A stretch of 64,000 nucleotides of DNA, taken from the NCBI RefSeq assembly GCF_009914755.1, contig NC_060940.1. One strand, 5' to 3'. Source of the stretch: the human T2T-CHM13v2.0 reference genome, Homo sapiens. A program made the position numbers and the translations under genes. Below are positions 1 through 15,200 of the stretch, piece by piece (the stretch's first letter is position 1; each line of letters begins with the position of its first letter). Below the pieces are notes generated by a model. That model had not been told where the DNA came from. It saw nothing but the letters and a program-made list of their open reading frames with translations, and searched no databases.

Positions 1-2752
1 ATGATAGTAATCATGATGATGAAGATGAGGATAGTAGTTCATGTTCATTGAACTTTCTTATGTGACACACATTCTGCTGTGCACTTTACATGGTTTATTT
101 CAACAGAATCTTCTTCTGTCTTTCCTGCCTGGATCAGGATACATCTTTCAGCATATAAACCCAGTACAGCAAAGATCTTTGACTTGATTTCTAGGCATGA
201 ATTCTATTATGAATTAGGCATGCAAGAACAGGAAGATCATAGAAAACTCAAAATCTACAACCCTGCATTCTGCTCCCAGCTCTTTCAAATAACAGGCTAT
301 ATGACCTTGGCCAGATCACTTACCCTTTCTAGGCCTCGGTTTCCCTTAGTGTGAAGCAAAATTGTTCTAGGGCTAAAAGTTCTAGAATCATATTACCTTC
401 AACTCTATTGATAAGAAAGCTCCCTTTGTTTTTAACAAAGAATCCAACTAACAGACGCCATTGCTTATGGGTAGGTAAAGTGTTAACCACAACCCGGACT
501 TTCTGTTCTACTGGGAGGCCCATTGCACTAATGGAACCATTTGAAAGAAATCTTAGGAACCAATTCTAATGCTCTTACTTAGAATTGCAAAGTCAGTTTG
601 AACCAGGGCTTGATGACTTACTTGACAACTATTTGTAAGCTTGTCTTATGCCCCACTTAGACTTCTAATTCTTGAGGGCAATGTTAATATCATATTCACA
701 TGGTATCGCCATGGTATCTGGCAGGCAGATAGATGCTGCCTAAGTAATTGTTGAATCAAAGATGAATTGTTGAATCAAGATTTGACTTGGAGATTTCTAC
801 TTGAGTTGGAGTCATTATTTTGAGAAATTCTGAAGCTGGAAGCACATTTGTCCACATTTTGAAGTTTATTCCCTACAACCACCTATTCTTAATACCTATA
901 CCACACAAGCCAACTCTAGTCCAAACTGTTTGAATCTGGGATTCAATTGACTATGAGCAAATCCCATTTGTCACACTGCCTAAGTTTACAGTCCTTTCCA
1001 GCTGGGGTTTGATCAGTTGGATCGTATGTGGGTGTGTGTTTTCAGAAGTAAGTTCTTGTGCAGCCACTTGCATGCTTTGGTATATTTTTATGTCTGCATA
1101 CATGTATATCCTGCCAGTGAGAAATGTGCTGCCTTTCTACAGCCTTGCAAATCTTAAGCACTAGCTATATCATTTTCAGCATTTGAATCAATGTGTTAAT
1201 GGAAAATTACAAAGAAAATGAGTATTTGGAAACCAAAGGTTGCCAACTAAGAGCAGAAAAAATAAAATACTGCACCTGAGAATTGACTTCCCATCCATCT
1301 CTTTTATTCTTGCACTTATTTTATAGCCAACATACTCTCTTTTAGCCCATGATTGCTTATTTTAAATTGTCTTCCAGTCTCAGGACTCTGTCTCTCTTCC
1401 CCAGCTCCCCCTTCTTCTCTCAGGCCTCCCAAATGATACAGTCTGTGTCATTAGCCGATGCTGTGGATTAGAGCCCAGAAAAACTTCTTGTTTTCAGCCA
1501 ACCCTGGGGAGAGGAGATGAGGAGAAGGGAAAATGCCTTCCCCCAGAAGATGATCCGATAGCAAGTGAGGCTCCACTGACCCCTCACTGCCAGTCTGAGG
1601 CTCTGCAGATGAGCCCCATAAAATACTGCAGAAGGCTTAGCTGCCAACAAGCGCAGCACACAGAGATGATCTAGTCAGAGGCACGAATCGATCTCAAGAC
1701 GTGAATCACTGACCTTAGCCCACGCTCACCCTCCCTAAATCCTGAGTCCATGTTAACTAAAGATTGCATTTCCGTTGTTACATCTCAGGCAGCAATTCTT
1801 GATTTCTGTTGAGTTTTATATCTCTTACCCAGCACCCATTTGGGAAGACTTTTTGTTTAATCTTCTAAATATCTGAAACACAATTCCAAACATTTCCAAG
1901 TTAAACTCCCCTTCCATTCACAATAAACCCCAGCAAGAATCTGATCGAAGAAAAGGTGCCGCAGACATTCTCTTTGTTCTGGATTGAACCAGTGGTATTT
2001 GGATCACCCAGGAGGTATATCATAACAAATTATCTCAATACCAATTGTCTCTGTGCAAAGGTCGGGTAAAGTCCCAAAGATCTAAGTCTTGGATAAAAGG
2101 GATGAGCGCATTTCTCAACAGAAGGGAAGGGGGCTGTTTTCAGTGATTTTGCCCACTAAATGTGGAATTCCCCAACAAATTCACATATTGCAAAAGCTAT
2201 AAAGTTGTGAAACCTCCACTCAAGGAAAGGCTCAGGGAACACGATTCCAAACATCCACACTTAACTAAGTGCTCATCAAAACTCCTTTTTGAGTTTAGAG
2301 ATCTAATTTCTCTAATGGCCAAATCACTTCTGTGTCTTAGAAAGTGTTTTCTACTGAGCTCGATCAACTAATAGCCTGGGACTGGCCTCACACACTCTCT
2401 ATGCAGCAATGTTTACATGAAAGTATGGACCCAATCGAGGATGAATTCCAGAATCAGTAAGTCCATTCCTGGAGCTTAATTTTAAAAATACAATCTCTAG
2501 TTTCACTTTCCAGTTTCACTGGAATAACTGATATTTTAAAATTTCTAATAAAATAAGAATTATGCAGGTAAAATATCAGTTATTCTAGATTCTAGTAACT
2601 CAGTTATTCTAGATTCTAGTAACTAGACTTCTAATTAGCTGAGACATGATTCTAATGCAGAATCCCAGGGCAAAGTCCTGTACTTTTAATGATAGCATGC
2701 TAATTTGAATTTTAAGTGGATGTTGAATATTAACCCTGATACTGTCCTAGAT

Positions 2753-2972
2753 AGTGAGTTTCTCAACCTCGGCACTATTGACCTTTGGGCTGGGTAATTC
2801 TTTGATGTTAGGGGGCTGTTGTGTGTGCTGTGGGATGTTTAGTAGCAACCCTGCCCTCTGCCCACTGGATGCCAATAGCAGCCCTCCTCTCCCCAGTTGT
2901 GACAACCAAAAATATCTCTGGACGTGACCAAATGTCTCTTGGGGGCAAAATTATCCCCAGTTGAGAACCACT
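2753..2972 (+). mobile_element. MER20 (hAT-Charlie) DNA transposon
   Basis: TTTCTCAACCTCGGCACTATTGAC...CCCAGTTGTGACAACCAAAAAT...GTTGAGAACCACT. Confidence 0.85.
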
Positions 2973-3639
2973 ACTCTGAACAAGGGAAAAATTTGTTTAT
3001 TAGATGTTTCTATTCCATTTAAAAGAGAGCTAGCACAAAGTTAGAATGCTTTTCTGAACATAGAGTAAAATAAATAAAATTAATGATGTATTTCCATCCA
3101 CATAATGGAATATTAAACAATCACTTAAAAACATGTTTGTAAAGATACTATAGGCATTAGAGAAAAGCAGAACATGGAATTATATGTTATGTGCCCTGTA
3201 TGGATTCTGTAAGATATACAGATTTGAAAATATAGAAAGTATTTTAAAAGGAAAAACACAAAAATGAAAACCATAGCTCTCCGTGGGTGGTAGGACAATG
3301 CCATCTATATTTTCTTATTTAAATTTTTCTGCTTTCCCCAATTATCTACCATGAGCACGTATTTTTATAATTTCAAAATCAGACACAGAAAAAGGACAAA
3401 GAATGTTGTATTATACAGCACATGAACAAGAAAGCTGCAACATGCTGCCATCCTCTATTCCTAATTTAATTTTCTTCCACACCCTGAAGGAAGCAAAGCA
3501 ATTCCTTTCCTACTCATCTGATCCTTTTCCTCATTAAACCCTCGCATCTGCTTCACTCTGCAGTCTGAAGTTTCTAAGGCCAGAACTCATGACATTATTT
3601 TATTCTACACCTTGCTTCTCAACCTGGGTGGACTCATGC

Positions 3640-4400
3640 ATCCTTTCATTCATTCAATTCTCTGGCACTGTGTGAGGTACTGGGAATTCAGTGGGGGGAA
3701 CAAGGCAGGTGGAGCCCCTACTCCCATGGAAGACAGACAGTGAATCAATAAACAAACACACAGACAAGATCATTCTAGAGAGTAACAGGGATTGTGAAGG
3801 CAATAGAGAGACTACGGGGGAAAAAAAAGAGAGAGACTATGGGAGACAGCACTACTTTAGCCTGGGTGGTCAGGGAAGGCCCCTCTGAGGAGGTGACATT
3901 TGAGCTGAGAACTGAAGAACAAAAGGAAGCCGGGTGCAGTGGCTCACGCCTGTAATCCCCACACTTTGGGGGGCCGAGGCACGCAGATAGCTTGAGCCCA
4001 GGAGCTGGAGACCAGCCTGGTGAAATTCCATCTCTACAAAAATACAAAAATTAGCCGGGCGTGGTGGTGCATGTTTGTAGTCCTACCTATTTGGGAGGCT
4101 GAGCTGGTAGGATCACTTGAGCCTGGGAGGTCGAGGCTGCAGTGAGCTGAGCTATGATTGCACCACTGTATTCCAGCCTGGGTGACAGAACAAGACCCTG
4201 TCTCAAAAAAAAAAAAAAAAAAAAAAAAAAAAGATACAGAGAGTCACCAGGAAACTGGGAAGATTTGGGGATAGTTTTCCAGGTTTGATTTTTTTAAGTT
4301 CAAATATACAGAGCGAGCATGGCACATTCAGAGAAGAGGAGAAAGGCCATCAAAGCTGGAGATTTTCAAGAAAAGCTGGAGGCCAGGTTGGGAAGATGGC
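3640..4400. mobile_element. L2 fragment interrupted by an Alu
   Basis: CATTCATTC tail and GTGGTCAGGGAAGGCCCCTCTGAGGAGGTGACATTTGAGCTGAG, typical of L2. Confidence 0.65.
3929..4232 (+). mobile_element. Alu (AluJ-like), full length with A28 tail
   Basis: GCCGGGTGCAGTGGCTCACGCC...GTCGAGGCTGCAGTGAGC...poly-A. Confidence 0.95.
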
Positions 4401-4449
4401 AGGACCCTGACTGCCTGGTCCTGATGCCACCAAGCTCAGGTCTACCCAC

Positions 4450-4790
4450 ATAGGGAGGTGGCAGCAGCAAATCAGAATCTTTGGGGCCAAAGCCCTGGAA
4501 TTTGCATTTTACAACAAGCTTCCAAGGTGATATTGATGCACTGGAAATTTTGAGGGCCATAGCTCCAGAGTATTCCCTCACTCAAACGTTGTTGGGGTGG
4601 CTGGAACAGAGATGATGAGTGAACTAACTGTGTGGTCCACATGCCTGCAGCAACAGCAGCAGCAGCCCCTGGGAGCCTGTCAAAATGCAGAATTTCAGGC
4701 CCCTCCCCAGGTCTACCGGATTAGAATCTGCGTTTCAACAATAACATTCTATGTCATTTAAATATACATGAAAATCTGAGCAGCACTGAT
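4450..4790. mobile_element. MER5-family DNA transposon fragments
   Basis: AATCAGAATCT...TTTGCATTTT, and CCTGGGAG...AAATGCAGAATTTCAGGCCCC...AGAATCTGC. Confidence 0.6.
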
Positions 4791-5040
4791 TCAGACCAGC
4801 ATGATGTATCGTAACAAAGCTTTGACAGAGAAGAAAATGGAAGCTGTGTGATTTTTAGTGATAAATGATCAGAGAGTAACAAAATACCTGATCATACTGT
4901 GATTTTTGCTTTGGAATTAGGAGGCCACAGGTTATACCTATGTTAGCCTTTCTGGCTGAACTGTAGGGCCTGAATTGAAACCTTGAAATCTGAACTTATT
5001 GGCTCTAGAAAGATTCTTTCAAGTGGGCATTAGACCTTGA

Positions 5041-5361
<321 letters not shown>

Positions 5362-6689
5362 CATTTAGATTATTTTTAAAAGACAGGGAATGTTCTTCAT
5401 TAATGCAACTAAGCATACACATTTACTATGTTGTATAGTATTTCATATTTTAAAAAACAGAAATGCAAACACTGCGGAATCAGTAGAGACTTCTTTCACT
5501 AACCTTTAACAATCATGAATCTCACTCATTGCCCTTTTCCTCTTCCCCACGATACTTTGCAACACTTTACACGTCTCCTTGGCGTGGTCATCTATGTGAT
5601 CTTCCTTGACTCTGTAAAATGTCTCTCTCTTTTTCTCTAATTAACATGGACTTTTTTTTTTTTTTAATTGCAACAGCTTTTGGTAATTTTAGGACAGGTC
5701 TTGCTTCTTTTCTTTCAGTGGTCAGAAAAAGACCACGTTTATCCAAGCCCTGTGCCTATGCTATAGCTCTCTAATCAAGAAATGTTTCTTTCAACTGACC
5801 ACGGCTCCTAACTTTATCTCTCTGTCCTTTGAAGCCGATAGCTATTATTTCTAACGACCATCACTAATTCAAGAATAAACACTCTGTTTTCTCCCAAATT
5901 GCTACATTCTGTTAAAGGGAACTAGAATTAAAATCCCAATTTCTATCAGCACTCTATTTTATGAAAGGGTACTAAAGTAGGATGCCACAAGGCTTGAGAG
6001 CAGAAGCAAAGCGTGACTTCTCTGTGCTCCCTGAGTGGCCCCTTCTCCCACTGTGACGGTCAAGTCCACCTACTTACGGGTGTTCTCAGATTGACTCTAC
6101 GTGGTGAATGAGGACTCAAAGATAAGGACTGCTACCTTTCTTTTTTCTTTTTCTTTGTTTGTTTGGGGGCATGGACGGCTACTGTTTTTTTTTTTTCCCC
6201 TGTATCATCATAAAGACATTTATTCTGGAAAAGATTTGATCTTTGCCCCTTATCTGGCTGGAAGTAATTTAGACAAGAAGGGGACCTTGCCTGGGGAGGA
6301 ACAATCTCCCCCAGAACCACGATGGGGGCTGTTTTTTCAGGTTTCAGATGCAGCCTGTGACTGTCTTGGTTACGCTCTTGTGAAAAGGATCCTTCCTGCA
6401 TCTAGAACTTCTACAGCAGTAGGGCTTTCTGGTCCTCCAGACTTCCAGAAGCAGAAGCCTCAGGAAATGAGGCCACTTATTTAGCTTGTTCATGGCCATT
6501 GGTTGTTTGGTCTATGTCTCACCGCATTGGCTGTTGCCTTGCTCTGTGCCCCAATAATACAGAATGTAAATATCTCTACAGCAGTTATTGCGGTTACGAG
6601 GATCTGTTATTCCACTTGGGCAATGCAATAGCTTTTAGAAAAGGATCTGCCTAAAGCCACGTAAATTACTCGTCCAGACATTTCACAAG

Positions 6690-6810
6690 AGTATAAGCAA
6701 CCTGAGGGCAGACACTTATTTTGCTTTGGGCACTGATGAACCTCAGCACCTAGAACAGTGCCCAGTGCAGAGTAGATGCTCATTAACCATTTGCTGAGTA
6801 AATGAATGAA
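6690..6810. mobile_element. L2 3' end fragment
   Basis: CCTAGAACAGTGCC...TAGATGCTCA...ATTTGCTGAGTAAATGAATGAA. Confidence 0.6.
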
Positions 6811-7250
6811 ATCCACCTGGTCAGTCAGGCACATTCCCAGGGCCTGAGAAGGACTTCCTGGGCCCCTGTCCCTTTCTGTGGCTTCGCTTTAGTGTTCTGT
6901 GTGTCTAGAACACTTCACTGCGCTCTGTGAGCTCGCACAGTGATCACCACTGCTTTGTGAGCACCAGAGGGCAATCCTGGTGCTTACCAAACTGCCTGGC
7001 ACTTAGGAGGTGTTTAACAGTTTACTATTTGATGAGGGAAGGAAGCAGGAGAGGGCAGAGGGAAGGTGGGAGGGAGGGTCTGGGTAAGTGGTTAATTAGA
7101 GATTGTTCTCTTTAGCTAACTCAGTCCCTTCTGGGGTAAGCTAACCTTTTTAGCTTTTGTTGTGACCAGGCCTGAGTTGAAACTTCAGACACAAATGAAG
7201 TAGAGCCTTGTGGCCAGAGAGCAAATACAACTTTCAAAATAGTGAGTGTT

Positions 7251-7542
7251 GGCCAGGCGCAGTGGCTTATGCCTGTAATCCCAGGAATTTGAGAGGCTAT
7301 GTGGGGAGAGCTTGAGTCTAGGAGTTCAAGACCAGCCTGGGAAACACAGCCTGTCTCTTCAAAAAAATTTTTTAAAAATTAGCAGAGCATAGTGGTGCAT
7401 GCCTGTAGTCCTAGCTAATCAGGAGGCTGAGGTGGGAGGATGGCTTAAGCCTAGGGGTTGAAGTTGCAGTGAGCTATGACTGTGCCACTGCACTCCAGCC
7501 TAGGCAACTGAGAAAGATCCTACCTCAAAAAAAAAAAAAAAA
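7251..7542 (+). mobile_element. Alu (AluJ-like) with 15-bp TSD
   Basis: Alu consensus sequence. TSD AAAATAGTG(A/G)GTGTT at 7236-7250 and 7539-7553. Confidence 0.95.
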
Positions 7543-8254
7543 TAGTGGGTGTTTCCTTGGAAAGAGCACTGGGCTCACAGGGAAACATCCTGAATTTAAA
7601 TAGCTCCCTATCATGTACTATCAAACCTCAGAGTTCACAGTAAATCCTCTAGACCCCCATTTCCTCACCTGAGAAGAGGGAATGGTGGTGCCATCTGCTC
7701 TGCACTGTACAGTTAATAAAAACAGAATGTGAAAGTCCCTTTAAAGCACAAAGCCTCAGCATGCAAAGGATCATCAGCAAAACTCCCTCTCCCGCTGTCA
7801 GGGTCAGCTTCCAGCCCTTGGGTTCTTTTTCTCCCTTTCTCTGTCTAGCATCTCCCACAAGAAATTCTGCAGGAAATCCAGGGTCCTGTCTGAACCCAAA
7901 GGTTGGCTTCCGGGTGGAGCCCTTCTCTTGAAATTACCTGTAGGCTGTGCATGGCCTTCTTTGGTATCTTTGTCTCTTTACCTTGAAGGTGTCTGAGTTG
8001 GGGCCATTCCACCGCAACCTGCCCCTGCTGGACTCATCTGTGGTTGCACTCATCATGAAAGCAAAGTCTTTCTGTCTCTCGGCCTTCCTTTCCTCCCTTG
8101 CAAGAAGTCAAACCTGACAGAGGTCGGCAGGCGGGTGGATGAGTGAGATGGCTGGGTGGGAATGAAAAAAAGGTGGAGAGCACATTTGTTCCCTCCAAAG
8201 GGGATGGTCATGCCTTTGTGCCAGCCCATTGTTGAAATGTGGGAAGGCAAGAAC

Positions 8255-8430
8255 ACTAGATCATCTGACATTCAAAAAAAAATCTGGAAATCTGAACTTT
8301 TATAGGAGACCTCCTGACTTTTAAACATTGGCAACACTTACAAATTTGTTAACTATGCTGCCTGAGCCAACTAAAACACATCTGTGAGCCCAGCGCAGTC
8401 TGTGAGTCTCCAATTTGTGACCTGGGGGCT
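8255..8430. mobile_element. Old hAT-Charlie DNA transposon (MER103-like)
   Basis: AAATCTGAACTTTT...TTGGCAAC...AAAACACATCTGTG...TTTGTGACCT. Confidence 0.5.
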
Positions 8431-8596
8431 CTGGGCACCTTTTTAGCTCTGAGAGCCATGGTCTTTCTGAACTGTGAACTCTGCTAAAAAATAAAAATAA
8501 AAATAAAATACCCAAAGCTCTTTTCATACTTCCTTTTCTTCTTAGGTCCTCATTGTGCCTCACCTGAGCTATTGTGACAGCTTCTCTCTAACCTGG

Positions 8597-8985
8597 TAGG
8601 AATCTGATTTGGAAATAGGGTCTTTGCAGATATAATCAAGATAAGATGAAGTCCGTGGAGTAGACATTAATTCAGTATGGCTGATGTCTTTCTAAGAAGA
8701 GAAGAGACACAGAGACAGGTACAGACACAGAGGGAGATGAGGTGGAGATTGTCATGCGATGGTGAGGGCAGAGACTGGAGTGGTGCGTCTACAAGTCAAG
8801 GAGTGCCAAGGACTGCCAGTGACACCAGAAGCTAAAAGAAAGGCATGGAACAGATTCTGCCCTTCAGGCATCAGAGAGAACACTGCTCTGCCAGCACCTT
8901 GATTTCAGACTCCTCGCTTCCCAACAGTGAGAGAATACATTTCTATTGCTTTATTTGTTACAGCAGCCCTAGGAAACCAACACAT
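8597..8985 (+). mobile_element. MaLR LTR (MLT1B/C-like)
   Basis: TTTGGAAATAGGGTCTTTGCAGAT...CAAGGAGTGCCAAGGACTGCC...TTTGTTACAGCAGCCCTAGGAAAC. Confidence 0.8.
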
Positions 8986-9849
8986 TGGCCAATCAGGGGA
9001 TGAGCGCCTAGAAAAGAAAGAAGCTCACCCTACCCATCTTCTCACCCCTTCTCACTTCTCCGATAGCATATCCAGACTACGAAAACCTGACCTTCCTCTC
9101 AGATTTCCTGTTTCCCAAAATTTTAACAATTTCTCTAAACATTTCCTTGATTTTCCAGGAATTTTCAAATCTAGCTTTGTGCGAACAAGAAAACATGAAT
9201 TGCATTGATCCTCTTCACATAGAGACAAAAAAATGCCAGCTGCCCGTGCCTGCAAACTACTTCTTCACAGCAATAACTCAGATGCAACTTTTCCTCCTTG
9301 GTGAAAGATAGCATGACTTGCAGTCTGTGAGAAGGAAAAGGAAAAACAGTTGATTTGTTTTCCCATGAGAGGGAAAAAGAAGGAGGGGATACAAGCTCAC
9401 ACACTATCAGGTGGATGGATCATTTCCTCCACTGAAAAGATACACAAATAATTTGATCTCTAAGCATTAGCAAGGTCTTTGTAGGGTACGTAGTGAGGAT
9501 CACATGCATGAAGAATCCATTGCTCGCTGAAAGAAGATCTTGGAATGAGTGCGTGGATCCACAATTCATGTAGATGGCTGCTATTTCTGTCTGCACTGCA
9601 TGCTGAGCATGAGGGACTCTGGGTAGGAGAGCTCTTCTGGGAGAAGGAGGAGTTTAGAGAGCAAATCTCTTGCCTGTAGATCGCTAAGAATTCTTCTTCT
9701 GGAGACCTATATATAAAGTAGAGAAAGTTAAGAACATCAGAGTGGGGAAGGTGCAGGGTGAGGTTTCTTTCTTTTATAATTCCAGACCTGGGGTTTAGTT
9801 AGGGAGGGACCGTTAGCAGGTTTCTCAGGGAGACTTGAGATAGGGCAAA

Positions 9850-10110
9850 ATAGCAGCATAGTGATGAAGAACCGGCATGTGTGCTCTGTAGCCAGGAGGT
9901 CTGGGTTCACATTCTTGTTGCTTACCAGGTGTGTGACCTTAGACATTTCACTTAACCTCTCTGCGCCTTAGTTTCCTTATCCATAGAATGGGGTCAATGA
10001 TAACACCTACCTCTTGTCATAGTTACAGGGATTAAATGAGTTAATTCAAATAAAGCATCTAAAGCCATGTCTGACACGGTTATCATTGCATACATCTTAC
10101 TGTCATTACT
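9850..10110 (+). mobile_element. MIR SINE
   Basis: Core TGTGTGACCTT...CACTTAACCTCTCTG...AGTTTCCTTATC...AATGGGG. Confidence 0.8.
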
Positions 10111-10129
10111 AAATACATCTTATTGAAAT

Positions 10130-10570
10130 GGTTAACTGTGCCCCGGTGATGCTAAGTAAGGAATCGCTCCCAAGCTGGTGGCTTAAAACAAGCACCGTTT
10201 ATTCCTACAGAACCGTGGGTAGGCTCTGTGTGGCTGGGTTCACTCTGGTACATCTAGGTTGGGGTTGGCTGGGGTTGGCTGGGGATAGCTCCGCTCCACA
10301 GGGCTTCCACTCTTTTCCTGAGAGCAGCCGGCACGTGCTTCTCATGTCACGTGCTTCTCAGAGGTGCAAGGGCACAAGTAGAAACATGCAGGCTTCTTGA
10401 GGCCTGGCTCAGAACTGGCACACCATAGCATCGACCTCACTCTCCTGACCAAAGCAAGCCACATAGTCAAACCCAAAGAGGCAGGGAAGTGGGGAGGGAC
10501 TGTAAGTTACCTGGCAAAGGGCATGGATCGAAGAGGCTGAAGAGCTGATGCTGATAAAGGAACTACTAGG
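10130..10570 (-). mobile_element. Old MaLR LTR (MLT1-family)
   Basis: GTGGCTTAAAACAA...GGCTCAGAACTGGCACA...CCAAAGCAAGCCACAT. Confidence 0.55.
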
Positions 10571-10800
10571 GTGGGTTTTTTTTTTTTAAATTATTATTTA
10601 AACAGGAAGTATTGAATTGAGAACCAAGAATGAGTTAGTGTATCTTATCTTCAACTCATAAGTTGACCTTGGGCAAGTCACTTCTGCTCCCAGATTGAGA
10701 GGGATAATTCTAAATGACTCAGGCCTCAACTCAGACCAACCTCTATATAGCCAAAGAAGTTCCTCCCTGGCCACTCTTAGCTCTGGACATTTAGGTAAAT

Positions 10801-10802
<2 letters not shown>

Positions 10803-10846
<44 letters not shown>

Positions 10847-10848
10847 GT
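10803..10848. repeat. (GT)14(GC)4(GT)5 compound microsatellite
   Basis: Read directly from the sequence. Confidence 0.95.
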
Positions 10849-11539
10849 TAGAGTTGGAATCTTATCTTTGTTGAAGTCCTCAGACAACCTCCCTATCAGA
10901 GCAGCATTTCTACAAGGACTCTTCTAGGAATGACTTCTTAGGACTTTATACTATTAGGCTATGCTAAACCCCACAGTTAATACACAGTGACTAAGGGTGC
11001 CTAGAAATGGCAGGATTTGGGAGGGATGTTATCTTAGTTACCCAAGACTGGGCCCAATTACCAATGGGGGAGGGATCTTAAAGAGACAGTGCCGCTTGCT
11101 GCAGTCATTAAGCTTTCCTGCTCAAGGTTTTTCTTTCCCCTTCTGCACTCATGCGTGTGTTTAAGGAGAAATCCCCTTGACGACGAAATGCTATTAAAAT
11201 CCTCCAAGTGGAAGCAGCCTACGAGGGGAGAACACACACAAGCCAGCACCAGGAGCCAGCGCTGGCCTCTTTCCTCGCAGAAGCAGCAGCTAGAAAACTC
11301 TGCACAGTGGATGAGTGATGGCAGAGACTCTGGAATCCACTTCGTCTTCATGCGTCTTCATCCCTGCTCTCTTGATCCTCAAAAACCTGAGTGTCAGTCC
11401 TCTCTCTGAGGACCCTGGTTCTGTGTTTCAGCTGAGAAACAGAGAGGATAACCATATCTTTTAGAGTCTTTGTCAATAGCTTTCAAACATTTTTAAACGA
11501 AGAATTATGTGTAATTAATATTACTGTAGCTTTTATTCT

Positions 11540-12298
<759 letters not shown>

Positions 12299-15200
12299 TG
12301 ATGTCAACTCACGCTAAGAACGGCACCATGCCCAGTGCACACATATATATAACTGAAACAAAAGCTTCACAAGACACCACTTACCCTTACTACATGTGGT
12401 ATACTCTGATATTTTCTGTTCTATTACATTAAAAAAAATAGTCCTGGCGATTATATATTCTGATTTCATAATGCACCAGTGGGTCACATCCTGCAGTTTG
12501 GAAAACTCTAGGCCGGGTCTAAGGTATGTATTGACAGATATGGGCAGTGAGATGGGGCTTAAATAAAACTCTGTAAGACTTACAGACCTCATGCTTGTCT
12601 GAAACAAGAGACAGATGGTTAGAAGAGAACCCAGAAAGGGTGTCGATGAGTGAAGCCGTGGGATTTGTTCAGATTACTTTGAATTTGGGGAACGTCACCA
12701 GTGTAAAACCATTCTGCACTATAAGGGTTTCTCTGGCACAGGATTAGAAAGACTATTGGAGATAAATGAATTTAATGTTTCCCATTCCTTTTGAAATAAA
12801 TATACTTAAGTTTTAAAAGGGGAGTCAGCTTAAATTATTAAATAAGTAAAAGTAAAGATGGGATTCCACTAATGTAGTTATAAACATGGCAAGAGTTTGA
12901 AGGAAGCTACTGGAGCCTATTGATGGAAGTCTAACCTCTCATGGTACAGTTTGGGGAATGGTACCATTGATCAGGCAATGATTGCCAAATGCCCAAAGTT
13001 GGCATTCAGGCTAGTGATAGCTCCAGGTCTCCTGGTGTCCAAATGTTCCTTCTCTGCTCTCAGGGCCTTAGTTTTGTCATCTGTTAAGTGGATTGTTACG
13101 ATGACAAGCAAGATGAGACATGGAGAATTCCAAATTCTGAATACAGAAGCAGGTCTGCAGGCTGATTAGTATAGTTATGTTTTGTCTGGCCCTAATCTCA
13201 GGAGTGGGGTCTACCATGTTTACATGTTTACCCTTGTTTCCAGGTGACTTCCAGGACCTCATCCTGAATGTAGTTGGGATGAGAAGATGATGTGACCTCC
13301 TGGTCTCCAGGCATCCATGACCTAACAGACTGCACTGTGTCAGGATTCAGCTATGCCTGGTGCAGCTGGACTAGGTCCCACTCTGGGTCTTATAAGGAAG
13401 GATCGACTTGTGTGTGGCCTCCAATGCAGTTTCACTTGTCTTCAAAGCCCTCCGCAGAATGTAAGTAAAAATCTGATCCTGGAATTGCCCTTGGCGAGGT
13501 GAGCAGCCAGGGGCCACACACAGAAAACAGTCTGTTCCTGGTGGCGTTCGGAAAGGCCAGTCACACTTGCCACCCCCGTTGTCATCGTCCCTAGCTTCAG
13601 AAAGCACTGGAGCCAGGTTGACATGCGGCCGATGAGTCTTTGTTCAACTTGAGCTCAGATGGACACAGAAACATGAGAGGAGCCAAGTCCTATGTTTAAA
13701 CAGTTAAGAGGAAGCCAGGCTCAGTAAGGAACTACAACCCGGGATTTAGCCTGGTCCAATTTTCCTTCTCTGGGATTTCCTGTCCTTTTTTGTAGATGTT
13801 TCTATCTATCGAATGTTCCCTGGTCATTGGTTGAAGGCCACCAAGTCGGCGGTGAAAGTCTTACCCAGTACTTACACAGTACTTCAGCTTAGCTGCGAAA
13901 ATATCAATGAGCTGCCGAACTGTGTGGACCCCAAGCCAGGCTGATGGGACACACGTGCCAGGCCTCTGTCCATCTGCCCTTCACGGTGGAAAAAGAGCCC
14001 AAACTTTAAGACTGGGCTTAAACAAAGCATCCACACAAAGAAGTCCAGCCTGCTACCCCAACAACTGCCAGGGGGGCAGGCCACATTGGGGTTGGTGGGG
14101 GACAGAAAACCGGTGGGTCTTTAAGGAATGCAAAAGAAGGGAACCCCAAAGGCCCCCTGCAATGTCCTCAGACTGCAGTTAAAATTTAACAAATTTTTAA
14201 TGTAAATCATCTGGCATACTCAATTGCATGGGGTACACGGGATGGGTGGGGGTGAGGGGTGGCAGCAGGGAGGGAACAATGGCTAGGATTAGATAATTTA
14301 CTTAGTGCTAAAATTCCAGGAAGTTTGTGTTGATCTGGGCCTGGATCTTGTTACTTTTTAGCTCAAATCTAAATCTTTATCTTCCTCTAAGAGTTGAGAG
14401 GACATTTATTACGTCGTCATTTTTACAGTTGTAATTTTTACTCCCTTTCATCAAATAGAGCTGGTTAGATTAGCAGCTCTTAGCACTGAGATGAAAATAT
14501 TGGTAGGGCCCAATGGGTCCTGTTTTGTTTATTCTAACAGAGCAGGCTTTGATCTAGACATATTTCCTGGGGTCTGGACGAGATGACCTAATTCCTGTCT
14601 TATCCGTCTCTACTTTTCTGTGAATCTCAGATTGCGCTTTACTGTGGAGCCCTTTGAAATTCACTTTATACTTTTTTCCACTTTGTTACCCACTCTGACA
14701 TTTGTTTCATTTGGGATGGAGTGTGTAACTCCTAGCAAATAATCCATTGCTTTATTTTTCTAACAGGACTGCTAAGTTTTAACAGAGTAGGAGCTTTTTT
14801 TTTTTTTTTGCTCTCTCATTCTTGACATTCACGACATGCCAAAAACAATAAGCAAATAATCTACTGCTAGAAATTTATGTCAACTGCAAATCATTAAGAA
14901 TTTTCTGTTTGAAGACATTTTTTTCTTGTAATTAAAAAAAAAAATGCCCTCCCTCCACTCCCTAAAAAGCCATTTGAATAGACCTGGCCTGTGAAGATTG
15001 GGATGTAAAAACTCAAAGCGCAAAGCCAGCTTCAGGTATCTCCAGCTGATCTGCAGGACCCCTCCCTTACGCTACCCACCCTTCCCCAACCCAGACCGGG
15101 GGTGGGGGTGGGGGGGGGAGGGAGGGAGGGAGGGGTCATCTCGAGCAGCTTGGGTTTGTCATTGGTTCTCTCTCTCTTTTTTTCCCCTCCCCAGGTCCCT

